A stretch of 64,000 nt of DNA from assembly GCA_963666345.1 (NCBI GenBank), contig OY762721.1, forward strand, positions 3,904,001-3,968,000, read 5' to 3'. The position numbers were made by a program, and so were the translations under genes. This stretch comes from Desulfatiglandales bacterium. GTDB lineage: Bacteria; Desulfobacterota; DSM-4660; Desulfatiglandales; Desulfatiglandaceae. Below are positions 62,790 through 64,000 of this stretch, in pieces. Every line of letters starts with the position of its first letter. Positions within the stretch are counted from its first letter, which is position 1. The notes beneath the pieces are model-generated. The model ran no database searches, was not told the origin of the DNA, and saw only the letters and a list, made by a program, of their open reading frames with translations.

Positions 62790-63737
62790 CTAAGGGCCGT
62801 CCGGGTCTTCGTCTATCCATCTGTGCCTTGCCTGGTGTTCCTCCAGGCAGATACAGTCGGGCTTGTCACACCATATAAGTCTGAATCCGGTGGTCCTGAA
62901 TCTGCTTGCCGGGTGACCTGAGTTTCGATTGGCCGATCTGCACCTTTCAGCGGGACCGAACCAGCTCCCACCCCTGCGAACCCTGTTGGTACCATCTTTA
63001 GGTCCGCAAGGGTCAGTGACCCGGTTTTCAGGGTAATCCCCGTATCGGTCGTGACACCATTCCCACACATTCCCATGCATGTCGTATATGCCCCATGCAT
63101 TAGGGCTGAAGCTTCCTACAGGGGCCGGTTGATCTGAGTAAAGCCCCCTGGACCTGAAATATTGGACACAACTCTTTCCCTTCAGGCTGTTATTGCAGAA
63201 CATAGCCGTTGTACAATCAAGGACATCCCCCCACGCATATGCATCACTGCTGCCCGCCCTGCAGGCATATTCCCACTCCGCTTCCGTAGGGAGCCTGTAA
63301 TACCCGTTGCCCTTTTTGTTGAGCCTTTCAATGAAATCCACGCAGTCATACCAGGATACCCTTACAACCGGCATATTATCCTCGCCCTTTCTCGGGAAGA
63401 AAAACCGCCTGCCCATGACTGCCCGCCACTGGCCCAGAGTGACTTCGGTTTTTTGGATATAAAATGGCCTGCCTATCGTAACCTTATGCTGGATTTCCCC
63501 CGGGTCACCCCCCTCGGCGGGGGGGCTTCCCATTGTAAAGGTGCCACCTGGAATAAGGAGGAATTCCATGCCGATTGAATTTTTAAGGGCCCTTTGATCA
63601 GCCTCGCACTGACCCGGAAAGCTGAAATGGGCCCCCGTCAAAAAAAAGACCATGATAAAATATTTCAGAGTTCGGTGTATTTTAATCTGCATGATCACAC
63701 CTTTTTCAGGGTTAAAAGTACCGGGCCAAAAAAACAA
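62790..63737 (-). CDS. Exported formylglycine-generating enzyme (FGE-sulfatase) domain protein
   Basis: F.MGS, TEVT, LPTEAEWEYACR, DMHGNVWEW, RGGSW, GFRL; lacks the FGE CxxxxC after RGGS. Confidence 0.9.
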   Translation of the reverse strand: MFFWPGTFNPEKGVIMQIKIHRTLKYFIMVFFLTGAHFSFPGQCEADQRALKNSIGMEFLLIPGGTFTMGSPPAEGGDPGEIQHKVTIGRPFYIQKTEVTLGQWRAVMGRRFFFPRKGEDNMPVVRVSWYDCVDFIERLNKKGNGYYRLPTEAEWEYACRAGSSDAYAWGDVLDCTTAMFCNNSLKGKSCVQYFRSRGLYSDQPAPVGSFSPNAWGIYDMHGNVWEWCHDRYGDYPENRVTDPCGPKDGTNRVRRGGSWFGPAERCRSANRNSGHPASRFRTTGFRLIWCDKPDCICLEEHQARHRWIDEDPDGP

Positions 63738-63740
63738 GTC

Positions 63741-64000
63741 CTATCTCATCTCATATCTTTTCAGTTTTTCATGGGATTTTCTCAATCTCGCGCTCAATAC
63801 ACGGCATATGTGAAGGGCGATCTGAGGATATTCCTTTACGATTTCCTCAAATTCACGTTTGTGAAGAAAAAGGAATCTGCATTCACTCAGGGTACGGATA
63901 GTGGCGGATCTTACCGTGTTTTCAATGAGTGCCATTTCTCCAAAATAGTCACCTGCCGTTATATGATCGAGTTCAAGCGTTTCCTTTTCCCCCCAGTCCT
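63741..64000 (-). CDS. Cyclic nucleotide-binding domain protein (C-terminal part; runs off the window)
   Basis: GDYFGEMALI...RSATI phosphate-binding cassette. Confidence 0.85.
   Translation of the reverse strand, partial: DWGEKETLELDHITAGDYFGEMALIENTVRSATIRTLSECRFLFLHKREFEEIVKEYPQIALHICRVLSARLRKSHEKLKRYEMR

Noticed and set aside
62790..63737. Diversity-generating retroelement (FGE-domain target plus Avd-like gene at 22.7 kb)
   Set aside because: No reverse transcriptase or template repeat seen; the genes are 40 kb apart and the Avd-like gene is a pseudogene

Overview
Bacterial genomic window, most likely from a Desulfobacterota (deltaproteobacterial) anaerobe; this is inferred from gene content, not tested. 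Left part (1-~22 kb) is visibly more AT-rich and accessory. It holds (i) a co-oriented catabolic cluster: trxB, TAXI-TRAP transporter, CoA-acylating-type aldehyde dehydrogenase, beta-hydroxyacid dehydrogenase, a two-subunit aconitase X with altered active-site motifs, a split UxaA dehydratase and a LarA-like protein; (ii) a prophage replication remnant with 11-bp iterons; (iii) the 3' half of a tRNA-Ser(GCT) with arm-type repeats on both sides (att site); (iv) twin palindromic operators; (v) a complete IS21 element without target duplication that has removed most of the patatin effector of a short type II CBASS (CD-NTase plus stand-alone E2); and (vi) an AAA/DUF4143 ATPase. Right part (~23-64 kb) looks like core chromosome: transporters, DUF1846, a two-component system divergent from a VWA-PspA-membrane protein operon, a hybrid kinase with an HD-GYP regulator, mglBA, groESL, ihfA, a Zn-finger ribbon-helix-helix gene ahead of znuACB, and an operon joining a GshB-like ligase, a peptide ABC transporter and an N-formylglutamate amidohydrolase-like enzyme. 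Best candidates for undescribed biology: the divergent AcnX catabolic pathway, the GshB-like peptide module, the VWA-PspA system and the RHH-Zn-finger regulator. All family assignments come from motif recognition by eye, without database searches.
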